From Phoronis australis (taxonomy: Eukaryota > Animalia > Phoronida): a DNA stretch of 64,000 nucleotides. The DNA lies in NCBI GenBank assembly GCA_002633005.1, contig NMRA01000561.1, forward strand, positions 202,485 to 266,484, read 5' to 3'. The notes under the pieces are model-generated. The model did no database searches and was not told where the DNA came from. It was given only the letters and a program-made list of their open reading frames with translations. A program made the translations under genes and the position numbers. Positions 12,401 through 24,716 of this stretch are shown in pieces (the first letter of the stretch is position 1; each line of letters starts with the position of its first letter).

Positions 12401-14892
12401 CATAGCACAAGGGCATGTCTCTGTTTGCTCTGATTTTGGTCTTAATGGACGATGGATGCAATGGAGTGGTAAGAATCGTGTGTACAAAACAAACTTAGGT
12501 GGCTTATGTATGCGAAAGTTTCTAAGAAAATCTCTGATACTTGCAATGTGATCAACTTTGTTTCTCATTGAAATATTCTCTCTACATTTCAGAAGACCAA
12601 CATTCCTAAGTTTGTGATCAAGGGCAAGCTAGACACATCATGCTGTGTTTTAACCAAGCCTTTTACGGGAGAGGTACCATTGATAGTTTTGGTTTTTGGA
12701 AATGAATATCCTGAGTAGGATATAGAGGAGGCCATCCTTAACTCTACCTCCACTCCTTAAGATATTGTTCAGCGAGGAAATTCTGAATTAAGTTTTTAGA
12801 TTTTTATTTTTGTTTGCTTCTAAGTCGACTCAGACTTTTTACTTTAATAAGCATTCTGTTGCCACTTTTCATTTTTAAACTAGAAAAGGAAAGATCTTTT
12901 TTGTGCTTTGTTTTGAATGGACAGATGCTTTGTTTTAACTTCTTGTCCTTAATGTACACATAACTAATTTAAAACAATCTACTAACTATATGAGAATGGT
13001 TGACTGAAATTGATGATCTCTCTCTTTCAGCTTGTTGTGGAGAAATCTGAGCAGCCAATCAAGTCAATAGAGTTACAACTGGTTAGAGTGGAAACTTGTG
13101 GCTGCGCCGAGGGGTTTGCTAAAGATGGTAATAACTATGTGATTTCATTCTTACCTGTGACTTTCATTTGATCACTGTCAGCTGAAGAGGTCGTTTTGAA
13201 TAATGCTCTCTTGAAACATTAAAATTTAAAATTTCAAACTTTTGACTGTCTCGGCAAAGGATTGAACTTGCTAACCTTCAGTTGAGAAGCCACCACTGAG
13301 AACTGGTCATCAATTGATATAAATGTTTCATAACTTGTGCGAGAAATAGCTTATTGAAGACCGAACTAGTGATTAATGAATAATACACATTGTAGAAAAT
13401 GTTACAATTATTTGCACTTGTTATGCATTGAGAGCATGTGATATTAGCTGGTGAATAGAAAAGAAAATTTTTCAGTCAAAATCTGGTTTATTTTTCATGC
13501 ATGTCAGATTCAGCGTCTGTTTGATGTGTATTGTTAAATCCTTGATTACTTTGCCTTTTCTTAAGTGACTGACTGTATTGCAAAATTGTATGTACTTTCA
13601 TGGCTGAAGTTCTGTCATGACAGTGTAACTTCATTTACATCTCCTCACCCTGTCCTTCAGTTTCACTGTGTTCTGTTACATCTCCTCACCTTGTCCTGCA
13701 GTTTCACTGTGTTCTGTTACATCTCCTCACCCTGTCCTGCAGTTTCACTGTGTTCTAATACATCACCTCAACCTGTCCTGCAGTTTCACTGTGTTCTGTT
13801 ACATCTCCTCACCTTGTCCTGCAGTTTCACTGTGTTCTGTTACATCACCTCAGCCTGTCCTGCAGTTTCAGTGTGTTCTGTAACATCTCCTCAACCTGTC
13901 CTGCAGTTTCACTGTGTTCTGTTACATCTCCTCACCTTGTCCTGCAGTTTCACTGTGTTCTGTTACATCTCCTCACCTTGTCCTGCAGTTTCACTGTGTT
14001 CTGTTACATCTCCTCTGACAGCCTGTCCTGCAGTTTCACTGTGTTCTGTTACATCTCCTCAGCCTGTCCTGCAGTTTCACTGTGTTCTGTTACATCACCT
14101 CAGCCTGTCCTGCAGTTTCACTGGGTTCTGTTACATCTCCTCAGCTGTCCTGCAGTTTCACTGTGTTCTGTTACATCTCCTCACACTGTCCTGCAGTTTC
14201 ACTGTGTTCTGTTACAGCCACTGAGATCCAGAACATACAGATCGCTGACGGTGATGTCTGCCGTGGTCTACTCATCCCCATCCACATGACGTTCCCTCGC
14301 CTATTCACCTGCCCCACATTAGCAACTAATAACTTCAAAGTGGGTGAGTATAGTTTGTGCACCTTATATTTGCTGACCTGGGTCCAGGCTCTAATCTCCT
14401 GAATCAAGACTCAAAAGTTAACCTGTAACGCTGCAAACTAGTTCTAATTTAGTTTTACTTGAAGCATGACATGCAATTGGTCAGTTTTTGAGGGAATTTC
14501 GAAGTTGAGAGATTAGAGTGTGGGACTAGATGGACTGTAGCATTTGCCTACCTCATTTGTACAATGTACTTAGGAATATTATTTCGTAAATAATGTCAAA
14601 AGGATTTCGTATCTCATCATGTATTAGGCATTTTCTGCTAGAATACATGTACGTGTGGCCAATACTTTCGTCTCCAATTTAGTCATCAAATGTTAGAAAC
14701 TTGATGCAGTTTTCAGTAAATATTCTTAGTACAGTTTGGTAGGACAACATGTCCAATTACTCAATGTTAGTTACTAAAATTTTAGTATTTTTCTCTGACA
14801 TGTTTACAGAATTTGAGGTGAACATAGTGACTGTGTTTCAAGACGACCATCTTGTGACAGAGAACTTTCCAATCAAACTAGTGCGAGGGTAG
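6476..14892 (+). CDS. VPS26C: Vacuolar protein sorting-associated protein 26C (DSCR3), retriever complex subunit, 297 aa
   Basis: Exons 6476-6532, 8171-8314, 10595-10744, 11659-11814, 12593-12673, 13031-13127, 14218-14343, 14810-14892. All are GT-AG and in phase, 894 nt in total. Diagnostic motifs: QLSAKSVGVFEAFYNS, LYETYHGVFVNIQY, IELQLVRVETCGCAEG, EIQNIQIADGDVCR, FPRLFTCPTL, ENFPIKL. Confidence 0.97.
6771..8090. mobile_element. Nested foldback: ~270-bp near-identical outer inverted arms around a diverged palindromic MITE-like element
   Basis: 6771-7040 is the reverse complement of 7820-8090 with few mismatches. The inner 7185-7752 is itself an imperfect palindrome (7185-7330 pairs with 7605-7752; 7436-7478 pairs with 7490-7533), with its apex at ~7484. 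Confidence 0.8.
8805..9105 (+). pseudogene. Truncated Kolobok accessory protein (KolX-type) with a P2X7 C-terminal ballast/nanor-like Cys-rich domain
   Basis: MAGVGDPYHSDSS-acidic...YMFEPEY...RRGDTSWCKCTVCVVMPTSMECLCCSE matches the recalled Y.FEP...W C.C..C..M.T..E..CC.E signature. Similarity stops near 9100, where the minus-strand transposase remnant begins. Confidence 0.75.
9095..9884 (-). pseudogene. THAP-domain transposase, 5' part only, disrupted
   Basis: ORF 9884-9600 has the THAP C2CH pattern (CCVPEC...LHRF...W...RVCGKHF...LKKDAIPSV). An in-frame TAG at 9600-9602 is followed by an S/T-rich linker in the same frame (9557-9258). After a frameshift at ~9265 comes a CQVC...C..GH..KWDS Zn-finger segment. 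The DDE domain is absent. Confidence 0.85.
10245..10566. repeat. 19-bp minisatellite (TTGACTTACCTTGTTTGTA), ~16 copies, ending ~30 nt upstream of the VPS26C exon 3 acceptor
   Basis: Direct reading of the tandem units; acceptor AG at 10593-10594. Confidence 0.95.
13638..14216. repeat. 41-bp minisatellite (CATCTCCTCACCTTGTCCTGCAGTTTCACTGTGTTCTGTTA), ~14 copies, ending at the VPS26C exon 7 acceptor
   Basis: Unit spacing is 41 (13679 to 13720). The final unit reads GTTACAG|CC instead of GTTACAT. Confidence 0.95.
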
Positions 14893-16436
14893 TCATTTCG
14901 TGGTTTGGACTGAGGATTTGGAGTGTAGTTCCTGAAGTATGTCGACCATGGCTGGAGTGCAGTTTGATGTGTATTAAGCATTAAAATTATGGTCTTTATG
15001 CAATTTGAAAAAACAAATTGGAATTTTTTTTAAGAATTTAGTAGTATTTGCCCTGGATGTTAATCTAAAATCACATGTAATTCTATCTCAGATGACATGG
15101 CTTCTTCACTATGAAGCCAACAACAGTATAAATAATTATGTGCAAGTTGGAACGCTTATTTTTGCCAATATCGTGAAAAGTTATCCCCGACTTATATAGG
15201 GTCAGGTTACGATTGCGACGCTGACTTACAATGCCCCAGGAGGATTATAGTTTTAAAAGCACCAGAGTGTAATCAGTGTGTGCATTTGTGGGCACCAGGA
15301 TGGGGAAACCTTGGTGGACACAGCAGGAATGGTGAGCTCTGCCTGGCAATGTTGGTGATTTTTACACAGCCAGGATTGAAGTGAAGTCATGATGACTCTG
15401 AAGAAATGCAAACCCACAGTGAGGTGACCATCAATTTATGCTGCAGGGCAAACAGTGGGCAGACTTAACATTTTGTACAATCGTGTTCCAGCTTGCATTT
15501 TTGTCACGTTAACAAAACTATGTGTGTGACGTCAATATACTGGGCTATAATATGTATCATGTAAGAATTGATGAATGATGCAACTTGTTTTGATTGTTAA
15601 AGAATTATGGTGCTATACGTCAGTTTCCTGCTTGAGATTGTTGAACATATTGAGACTGTATTATGTAAATAAGTGATCATGTGTAGCTTACTGTACATCA
15701 TTTTCATGTTTTGTGATGAATTATGAATGCACAAGATGACTACACTTTTCACTGAGTGAACTGGTTATTGGATCGTTTTGAAAGCTGTAAGGTACTAGCA
15801 ACATTTGCAAAAGTGTACAAAACATACATTTCTTGAACCCCCCTCCCAACGACTATACTATACTAAATTGTTCAAAACATCCATTAGAAAAATGCTCATC
15901 TAAGAATCATTTCAATATTCTATGTGGTTAAAAACTTATATAAAAAGAAAAATTGTTTAGTTTTGTCATTATTTCTACGGCGTAAAAAGTGCCTGCAGGC
16001 TGCAAACATGGACCCACTCCCTCCTTGTAATGTTTGTTTTGTTCGATCGTGGTGATAATTGTGAATAGTCTTGAAGTCACGTTTATGTATCAAGAAGATA
16101 TTGGCTTCTAGTTCACTTAATGGGGTGAAACACAGAAAAATGGTGTACTGTAGCCATAGTTACTGATTTTCGATAAAAGTTTATTATTCAACGAAAATGT
16201 ATAAATATGGGTATAACATGCAAAGAAAATAAAAATGATTACAAAAGTAATCCGTAACTTCATTTTTGCTAAAGAGTTTAACATCCTTAACAGTAATACA
16301 GAGTAGAGCACAGTGAATGAAAATCACTTCCAATAACTATAATACCTTTCATACAACAGTACAGCAGCCAAAATACAGAGGCATGGTTTATTATGTTTCT
16401 CGACTACCATTGCCTCTAATTGATATTCGTTAAATG

Positions 16437-19400
16437 TCAGTTGTTAAGAACTAAATTCTTCATCGCTTGTTCGGAGTGTACTGACAGATCATCACATTTT
16501 TGTAAATGTTTCTGAAAGAAAAGAAAGTAAGACCTATATTATGAAGTCAAAATATGACATATGCTAGCTCCAGTCAAAAGATGGCCATTTTTAATTCCTT
16601 GATATAAAATGACCTCACCACTCGATAGCTGTTCTCCATACTATGAAAACAAAATTAAATATGCACTATTACGTGTGTCACAAGATGGTAATAGAGCATT
16701 TGGTGGTCAGCGTTTAGCACCACACATAATTCACCCGCCTACATCTAGGATTGAATGCAGTGAGATATCACTGCATTATCTTATTAATTGCTTACAACTA
16801 TTAAATTACCGTGGCAACGCACACCGGGATATTCAAATAATTCCTGCAAAATGTCGAATGCAACAAAATGTAAATGAACATTACAATTAAAACAAAAATC
16901 GTGTCTTGTCTTTGTGAACTCAGCCTGTCACGCACACCAGAATTTGAACTCCGGTGAAGTGAAAGTTTCCCACGTGATGTTGCAACACAAAAGAATAAGA
17001 GGGTCCTGAACAGAGATCTTCATTGTCCTGGAGGTAGGAAATCCCATTTGACACATTGGTCTCATTTTAGAAATACCCAGCTGATTCTGAACGGATGTTG
17101 TAGCACTGTGAGTAAATACCGCGAGATTGCAATGTTGCATGATGTTTTATAACTACAGCAAGTGGCTGAGCAGGTAGAAGGGCTCAAACATCCTGAAACT
17201 CCACACTGAATTCTGTGCTAAACAACTGCAGTTAATCAAAATGCCTTTTCCGTGGATCCACTTTTCCGTATATAACTTCAAAAGAGACATGACATCCAAC
17301 CTAATTTTACCACAGTCCAGTGTGGACAAGGTGCACAGCCAGGTGGAATTAGTATAGTTTGGTAGCAGCCCTTCGTTAACAAAAACTTCGTTGAAAACGC
17401 GACTAAACCTTTTGTTTGAAAGCTTAATACTGAGTTGTATCAAGCTTTCTAACAAAAAGTTTAGTTGTGTGTTCAGCGAACAAGGTGGAACTGATAACAT
17501 TTCATGAACAGTCTCCATAGTCATGGCAATAATGAACATATTAAACTAATATTCTATTATTTCTTGCCATGCTTATGTCTGCTTCAGGCACACTGTTAAC
17601 ACAGCCAAACCCCATGATAGTCCTTCAGAGTACTATGGATAGAACTTTTGGAAGGAGAACCACGGAATTTAAGACGGACCTACACAAACTTCGACCCCCC
17701 ATCAGTGCATTATCCCTTTTAGTACCTGAATCTTATCCACCATTTTTTTCCTCTCCGCCCTAGCCTTAGTATTGCCTTCCCCGACATTCAGACCATCTAG
17801 TCGTTCCAACAACTTCATGTTTCCTTCCGCCAGTCCAGATAGCTGTGTTGACAACATCTTGCCTAGGTCAGTGGCTGTGCCTTTTGGAATGAAACCCTGA
17901 AATATGTGTGCGAGCAGTGAAAGTAAGTGGACTCATAACAGCAGCAATGAGATACATGAGATACATGTTTGACACTCGTGCGAATCTTTCTTAATGGTAT
18001 TACGTAGTAAACAACCTTGTATCAACAAGTTTGTAGACAGGGATTATGTTCAACTCTTTTAAGGTACTATTCAAACCAGTCACAGGGTAATATTCCACTA
18101 CATGGCGCCCTGGCCGTAGTGGTACTGGCAGGCCGCCAGGGATTGCGAGAGCAAGGTGAGTTCGGTGAAAACTTTTTGAAAATTTGGACTCCCAGTTCTG
18201 GAATCCTGACTGTATAAACCCCTGCAGGATATTTGGAAAAAATGCAGGTGGTATCACAGCATTCCAAGATCGCAGTGCCATGATGCATTTGCTGTAGGGA
18301 CAGAATCCATTACAGGATACTTGCAAAACTTTCCAGTTTCAATTCAAAACCAATCCATGGTAAAAAGAAGAGTTCAGCAATTACTTTAAGCAATCAAACT
18401 AGACTTCATTTTTTTTACCAAACTTAGCATTGTTTTTAACACTCAGTAGCCTTTGAGAAATGAAATGAATGGAAGTGTTCACAAGTTGGAAGGCGTAGTC
18501 AGTCTTATGATTTTCCAGATGTTCCATGTGGCAACAGATATAAGGATCTGTCACGAAAAGGAAAAGTGCACAATTTTATCTGCCTGGATAACGGGACGAG
18601 TTTGTGCTAAGAAGAGGAGGAAATGCTGTAACACGATACTGTCACGAAAACCATGAAATAGTCATGATACATAACTTAATATTTTGATTTGATAGTATTA
18701 TTGATATAATTACTTTGCTAACAGATTCTTGATGTTTGTAGTTAGGGCTGTTCCAGCAAAATCTGTGTGGGAGGGGGGGGGAAGGCAACTGAAATAAAAA
18801 TTTATGGGTGGTTGCGTTTGACTTAAATTCAAAATGGCTGGTGGTCGTACTTCAAAAAAATTAAAATTTACAGGTAATTGTTGTTTCATTGGGCCATAAA
18901 TGTTTGATGGTGGGTAATTTTAGTAAATTTTATAAACAATCCGCACAGAATCAAAAACTGAAACAAAAATGCAACTTGCAAAGAGCGCCGACTTTTTCAT
19001 TCCCTCCGATCTCCTCATCGGCATGCCCATAACACCATTTAACCACAGGTGCTCGAATTTCTCGATGGCTAATAACCATATATAAGAAACATATGTTTTC
19101 TTAGTAATGAATGACGTTAGTGGTGATGGAGGAACAGATAAACTCAANNNNNNNNNNNNNNNNNNNNNNNNNNNNNNNNNNNNNNNNNNNNNNNNNNNNN
19201 NNNNNNNNNNNNNNNNNNNNNNNNNNNNNNNNNNNNNNNNNNNNNNNNNNNNNNNNNNNNNNNNNNNNNNNNNNNNNNNNNNNNNNNNNNNNNNNNNNNN
19301 NNNNNNNNNNNNNNNNNNNNNNNNNNNNNNNNNNNNNNNNNNNNNNNNNNNNNNNNNNNNNNNNNNNNNNNNNNNNNNNNNNNNNNNNNNNNNNNNNNNN

Positions 19401-22400
19401 NNNNNNNNNNNNNNNNNNNNNNNNNNNNNNNNNNNNNNNNNNNNNNNNNNNNNNNNNNNNNNNNNNNNNNNNNNNNNNCCCCCCTCCCATACAGATTTTA
19501 CTGGAACAGCCCTTACTAGTTTTGTGTGAGTCAGTGGTCTATCCGGTGCAAGCACACGTTTTGATGAACTCTTGAGATACCTGACCATTACCATGTATGG
19601 CAAACAACAAAAAAGTTATTATGGTTATTGTGAAAGTTCTTAGAGTTGTTTACTGCCATTTTTTGTAAAACTTGGACGTTTAGTGTATGCAGCCCGTACA
19701 TTTGTAACTTGTATATAAGCCGTACATCTGTCTAATAAAGACCGTCCTCACTTTGCTGCTGCCAGATAATGTAAGTATGGTGTTCTACACTTAGTTATTA
19801 CAATCATCTCATTGACTGACTGAGACACACAACCACACACAGCGCTGCTGCTAAGTTAGACTCTAATTCCTACACTACACAACAAATATACTAAATAAAT
19901 GTCAAATAGTTACACTTACTCTCTTCAAACCATCTAACTGGTAACTAATTTCACTAAGTTTTTTCTCATTCTTTTGAAACTCCTGTTGTATTAATATAAT
20001 CTCCTTTTCTTCGTCTGTCACTTCCACACTAGGCTGAAATCAGAGAAATGAAAACAACATCTTGTGAGATTTCAAATCTAACGTTTTTGCTACTGAATTT
20101 TGTGGAGGCAGTGTGGCCTGGTTAAGTGTCTGGCTCCTGTTTTCAAGGTTATGTTTTCAACTTCCACACGACACCACTGATAGACTCTTGAGTCAGGTAT
20201 CCCGCTCCTCAGTTCAGTCTAAATTTGTGTACATGCGTTATATGTATAGGTGTGTGTTAGGACATATGTCGAGTCGGAATATCATTTTGTTATCGAATGC
20301 CCATTCTACGATGACCTTAGGAAACGATATTTGCCTGCATGGAGCTACAACAATCCCAATGTTACAAAATTCTCATGACTATGGAGGAAAAAGATCTTAT
20401 ATGGTCAACATGTAAATATGTTCATTTCGCATTCAAGCGAAGAAGAATTCGGTTTACTTCTAGTGTTTGACACTTACCTTTATTGTATTTGATGATTTGA
20501 TGATTTGATTGTAACAAGGGCCGGAGGCCTAGTTATTGAATAAATATATATATGTATAGGACTCTAAATTGAAAAAAAATGTTTCAGGTGTTTGGTGCAA
20601 TGGGCCTGGCTGAGCATCCTGTTTACATCTGATGCAGAGGATATCAGACCACCCAGTGCATTATCTTTTTATCACATTTTGCTCAAAATCATAAAGCAAA
20701 CAACCGAGTGAAAACAGCCACATTATGTTTTTCTAAAACTCCCTCAACCCCACACCCCACGAACCCTCAACCCCTTGACCAACCACTTACAATACCTAAG
20801 GCCGGGTTCGGCGTCGTCAAGTTATCGACTCACCTTCGTCTTCACTGGGTCTGACTGGTATTAAAATACCAGTGTTCACTGTGTGTATTTTTTTAAATTT
20901 AAGAGAGTGAATTCTGCAAGTTTGAAAGCCAAAACTAGGAAAAAAAACGACACAAGAAAATCAAATCAAAGACCTACCAACATTACAAATATCGTTCCCG
21001 GTAGAGTGAAATGGACTCGCCAGCTAATCAGTGATTCGCAGATTCAATTTTTTGGGAGAGTGCGAGGAAACCATGGATATGTAATTTCTTCAGTAAATAC
21101 AGTTTGAAAAAAAAAACCTTGAAATAAAAAAGTATCTCAAAGTAACATGGAGTTTATAGTAAACGAGTACACAAAAGAAAGCAAATAATAAAAATGTGAA
21201 ATTATGTATACACTAGCGTTCTCTCTACCTAAGTACAGTAGAACAGGGTCATTGGTAGCCGCTCATGGAACTATTTCCATGACAACGTTAGCACACTCAC
21301 AATCCATCATTTCAAATTATGTTCTTACACCACCTTCTGTTTTTAACCACCAGCCTTGAGTCAAAGCAAATTCGTATCTTATGGGAAAGTCACTCAGCGA
21401 TGTAATAAGATTATGAAATTTGTAAAAAGCGCAGATACCTCTATCGCCGCAGATGTGGGTCGAGGGTTTGTGGGTCGTGAGGATCATAAGGTTTGGGGGT
21501 CGAGGGGGGTTTTTGAACATCTTGTCACAAAAATACAATTTCAACAAAAAAATAATTTGTTTCGAGAAATACTGGACAATAATAGCAGAAATTGATGAAA
21601 CATGAGAATGCAAATGATACAAAACCTGTTACCAAGGTGAAAAAACAGTTCAATGCTGAAAGGAATGATTGCACTGAGGACACTGAACAAAACCAAAAAG
21701 TGTTTTTTTGGTATTTAAAATCACCAATTTCGAACAAATTAATATAACCAAATTTGATCTCGTTTCATTTTTCAAAGGCTTCTAATATTGTTTTGAATGT
21801 CATCAATTTTCCCAAACATTGCTTGATGACAACTAGAACTTTACAATTTTAATAGCCTAGGTTTGCTGCTACTTTCATTTCATGATAAACGCTAGTGCCA
21901 ATGGAGGCGGTAAAAGTGCACCTTCCAACACCTTGCACTTATTGTCACATACCTTTCTGCCGACGAGCATAATTTTACAGCCCTTCGAGATTCCGAGATC
22001 ACCAAGTAAATCCTTTGGATTGACAAGAGACTTGCCTGAATAATAACATTCAAAGCTTTAATGACTGATGAAGATGAATTGAGCAAGAATGTATCAAAAT
22101 TCAATGTTATCACAATATCAACATTTTACAAAATGTTTTACCACAAAAATGCGCCGTATGTGTTGACTACTCAGGGCTATGTGCGTATATGAGGAGCTAA
22201 ATCTGGGAATAGGCGCATGTGCCTACTACCCGCAAAATAGTAAATTCAAGGAGAAAATAATTGATTAACAAGACTATCTATGAAGATTGACTTGTTCAGT
22301 AGAAAACGATGGTTGTTGATTAGACAAAATGCAAGACAAAAACACACAGTTTTGGACATACACAAGGGATGGACAACTGTGGCTTAGCCACAGTTGGTGC

Positions 22401-24371
22401 ATCCACCAAATATGCAATGTCAATATGTTTGCAAAGAAACAAATTATTCTAAATCAGAGTGTCATGGGTCCAAATATGCTCTTAGCAGCTAAGTTTTCTG
22501 TTAACGCATAATTAAAAGGCCAAAGTAAACACAACAAACAAATTTTGTCTAGAGAACTTTCAATTCAGAAAGCATACAGAGATATAAGAGCACACACACA
22601 CAACATACGTGCACGTACATGCACACACACACACACGAACACACACACATAGTAACACAAAGGAAAAATAAACACAATCATTCATGTACACACCAGCTTT
22701 TAAACTTCTAACTAGCATTTTACAAACATTGCAAAGGATAAAAATGGTTTTCATAATCTCAAAAACTTGCCTAAATGTTATAGACTACTTGCTGTTATGA
22801 AAGTGGTCACAAATCGTAGTCCAATTAGAGGTGACCTCTGGGCTTGGAAACAACTGACAGTTCGCTATTGCTCAAGGTCAGGCTCTATAAACTGACAGTT
22901 CACTATTGCTCAAGGTCAGGCTCTATAAACTGACAGTTCACTATTGCTCAACGTCAGGCTCTATAATCTGACAGTTCACTGTTACTCAAGGTCAGGCTCT
23001 ATAAACTGATAGTTCACTATTGCTCAACGTTAGGCTCTATAACCTGACAGTTCACTATTGCTCAAGGTCAGGTTCTATAAACTGACTTGTCATGGAATGT
23101 CATTTTATGTGCCAAGCATGGTCTCAGCATTAGCAAACCATTAAACATGTCCAAGCCCACCAATCTGATTTAAGCGTGGTTTGATAAGTTGGCAGAGTTT
23201 ACAGAGCCTTTTAACTTCCACACACGAATACATTTTATTGCAATGGAAACTGAGACCAATTAGTAGCATTCATGGATACCTTTGAATATCAGTTTCTGTT
23301 TATCTATGGGAACCTCTGTGACTTGCTCAACATGTTTTGCTAGATGCTCCACCAGGAGGCGCTCACCCTCCTCTTCAGAAGAAAGTCGGACTGTTATGTT
23401 GTGCTTCTTATTACCTATAACAGACCAAAAGACAAATTTTTGGCTGTAACAGAAGGATATTTGAATAAATATATATGCTGCTTCAATTAAGGTCTAATAC
23501 AAGTAGATTGTGAAAAATGTTCGCAACATTACTTGTTATACAGTGACAAAAATGCGAATTAACTTGGTTACAGCTGGTGCTAAAAATTGCCCATTGTGCA
23601 TTCTGCTACCCAGGTGAATATCATGAGCTATGATCATGAGCACTTGCAGGCTTTGAGAAGTATAACAATACAGAGCATCAGCAATTGATCAATCCTTCAA
23701 TAAACTCTTCTTTTCAAAAGTTTAAGTACCATTTGAAACAAAATAACATAACTGTTTGTATTAATTTCTACCATTAAACTGCATTCTTGCACAAATTTTA
23801 GATTGGCGAAGTCAGTGTCTCTCAAAACAATGACTTTAACAAAACACAATATCAAGGAGCTGGCGTATGCCACGAGCGCAGCTATTTTGAAGATGTCAAC
23901 AGGCTTTTCTTCACTGATGCTATAAGAACAAAAAAATTGCTAGATTGATCCAAGTACAAGACATTTATTGCAGGAATTGACGATTTTCATGTTTATGTGA
24001 CCAGAACAGACTAGTTAGTTGTTGTTTCAATGCTGAATTTCTAAACGACTCATGTATTCAAGCACTCGGCATTTTGATATAAATTCCATGGGCATATGAT
24101 CGAAAATACTAGACACAAACGTAGTCGTAAAGACTTAGCTAGTCATGTCAACTTCGACTCTAGGTAATGACCATCGCCTCAGACTCAGAGGCGATGGTCA
24201 TTGCCTACTTCGACTCAACAACTGGAGTCACTAGACGAGCTGATTATTTATCCCGGGCGTGTAGCCAGTATAATTCAAAGTGAAGCAAATGTTCAACAGT
24301 TACTTTTTCACTCATTTCCAATAAAAAATCCCAACTTCAAACAACAAACCATGAAAAAGGACTAAGTCCAT
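16437..24371 (-). CDS. BAG1: BAG family molecular chaperone regulator 1 (ubiquitin-like + BAG domain), ~199 aa
   Basis: Exons 24371-24350, 23414-23280, 22035-21953, 20033-19920, 17896-17726, 16511-16437 are in phase. UBL domain: HGNKKHNITV...VEQVTEVPIDKQKLIFKGKSL...LGISKGCKIMLVGRK. BAG domain: GFIPK...MKLLERLDGL...RAERKKMVDKIQKHLQKCD. The start codon is uncertain (see findings). Confidence 0.92.
17350..17470 (-). mobile_element. Possible short retroelement (Penelope-like) ORF N-terminal remnant
   Basis: The translation SRVFNEVFVNEGLLPNYTN resembles a recalled FNxxCxxExLLPxYTN motif of invertebrate retroelement ORFs. It is short and degenerate. Confidence 0.3.
18745..19512. mobile_element. 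PIF/Harbinger-type MITE spanning an assembly gap
   Basis: TIRs GGGCTGTTCCAGCAAAATCTGTGTGGGAGGGGG / CCCCCTCCCATACAGATTTTACTGGAACAGCCC, with TTA on both flanks (18742-18744, 19513-19515). An N-run occupies 19148-19478. Confidence 0.75.
20230..20556 (+). mobile_element. 5'-truncated non-LTR retrotransposon (RTE-X/CR1-group-like) 3' end
   Basis: A degenerate frame VESEYHFVIECPFYDDLRKRYLP resembles an ORF2 C-terminal CCHC knuckle. It is followed by AATAAA and a (TA)n tail at ~20539-20556. Confidence 0.65.
22852..23087. repeat. 38-39-bp minisatellite (AACTGACAGTTCACTATTGCTCAAGGTCAGGCTCTATA), ~6 copies, in BAG1 intron 2
   Basis: Tandem units read directly; the first period is 38 (22852 to 22890). 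Confidence 0.93.
24161..24207. mobile_element. 47-bp hairpin mini-element with a 9-bp target-site duplication
   Basis: TAGGTAATGACCATCGCCTC-agactca-GAGGCGATGGTCATTGCCTA, flanked by CTTCGACTC at 24152-24160 and 24208-24216. Confidence 0.7.
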
Positions 24372-24405
24372 GCTCGGAATCCCATCTGCAGCAAAACGTC
24401 GCCAT

Positions 24406-24716
24406 GATTGTTGACAACTGTAAATGAGGTCACAATTTTACCGTAACAATCAAGTAAAAAAGGCAAAATTTACCTTTCTTGTTGTCTCTCAATTAAAAGT
24501 AAGCAGTGTAAAGGGTCGATGGAAGTTTATAAAACGCATAATTTGCAATTTAGCTGATAAATTACTGGTAAAAATAACAGTGACAATGTTACAAATGAGT
24601 AAAATATTAGATTTTTGGCTTATTTGTGCGATATGCGCAACGAGTGTGCGCGTTACGATTGTTTATGATCTCCAGGACGAATGTGAAATTGATCAACGAC
24701 TAGTTGCCTCACAGAA
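24406..24716. promoter_or_regulatory. Putative compact bidirectional promoter (BAG1 / HOATZ)
   Basis: Divergent start codons only ~310-345 bp apart. Confidence 0.55.

Noticed and set aside
13565-14289. Long Cys/Ser-rich ORFs of up to 219 aa
   Set aside because: They are translations of the 41-bp minisatellite inside a VPS26C intron.
18920-19603. ORFs of 129-227 aa
   Set aside because: Artefacts of the N-run at 19148-19478.
19625-19790. Possible solo LTR (TATA, AATAAA, ...CA)
   Set aside because: No clear TG...CA boundaries with a TSD.
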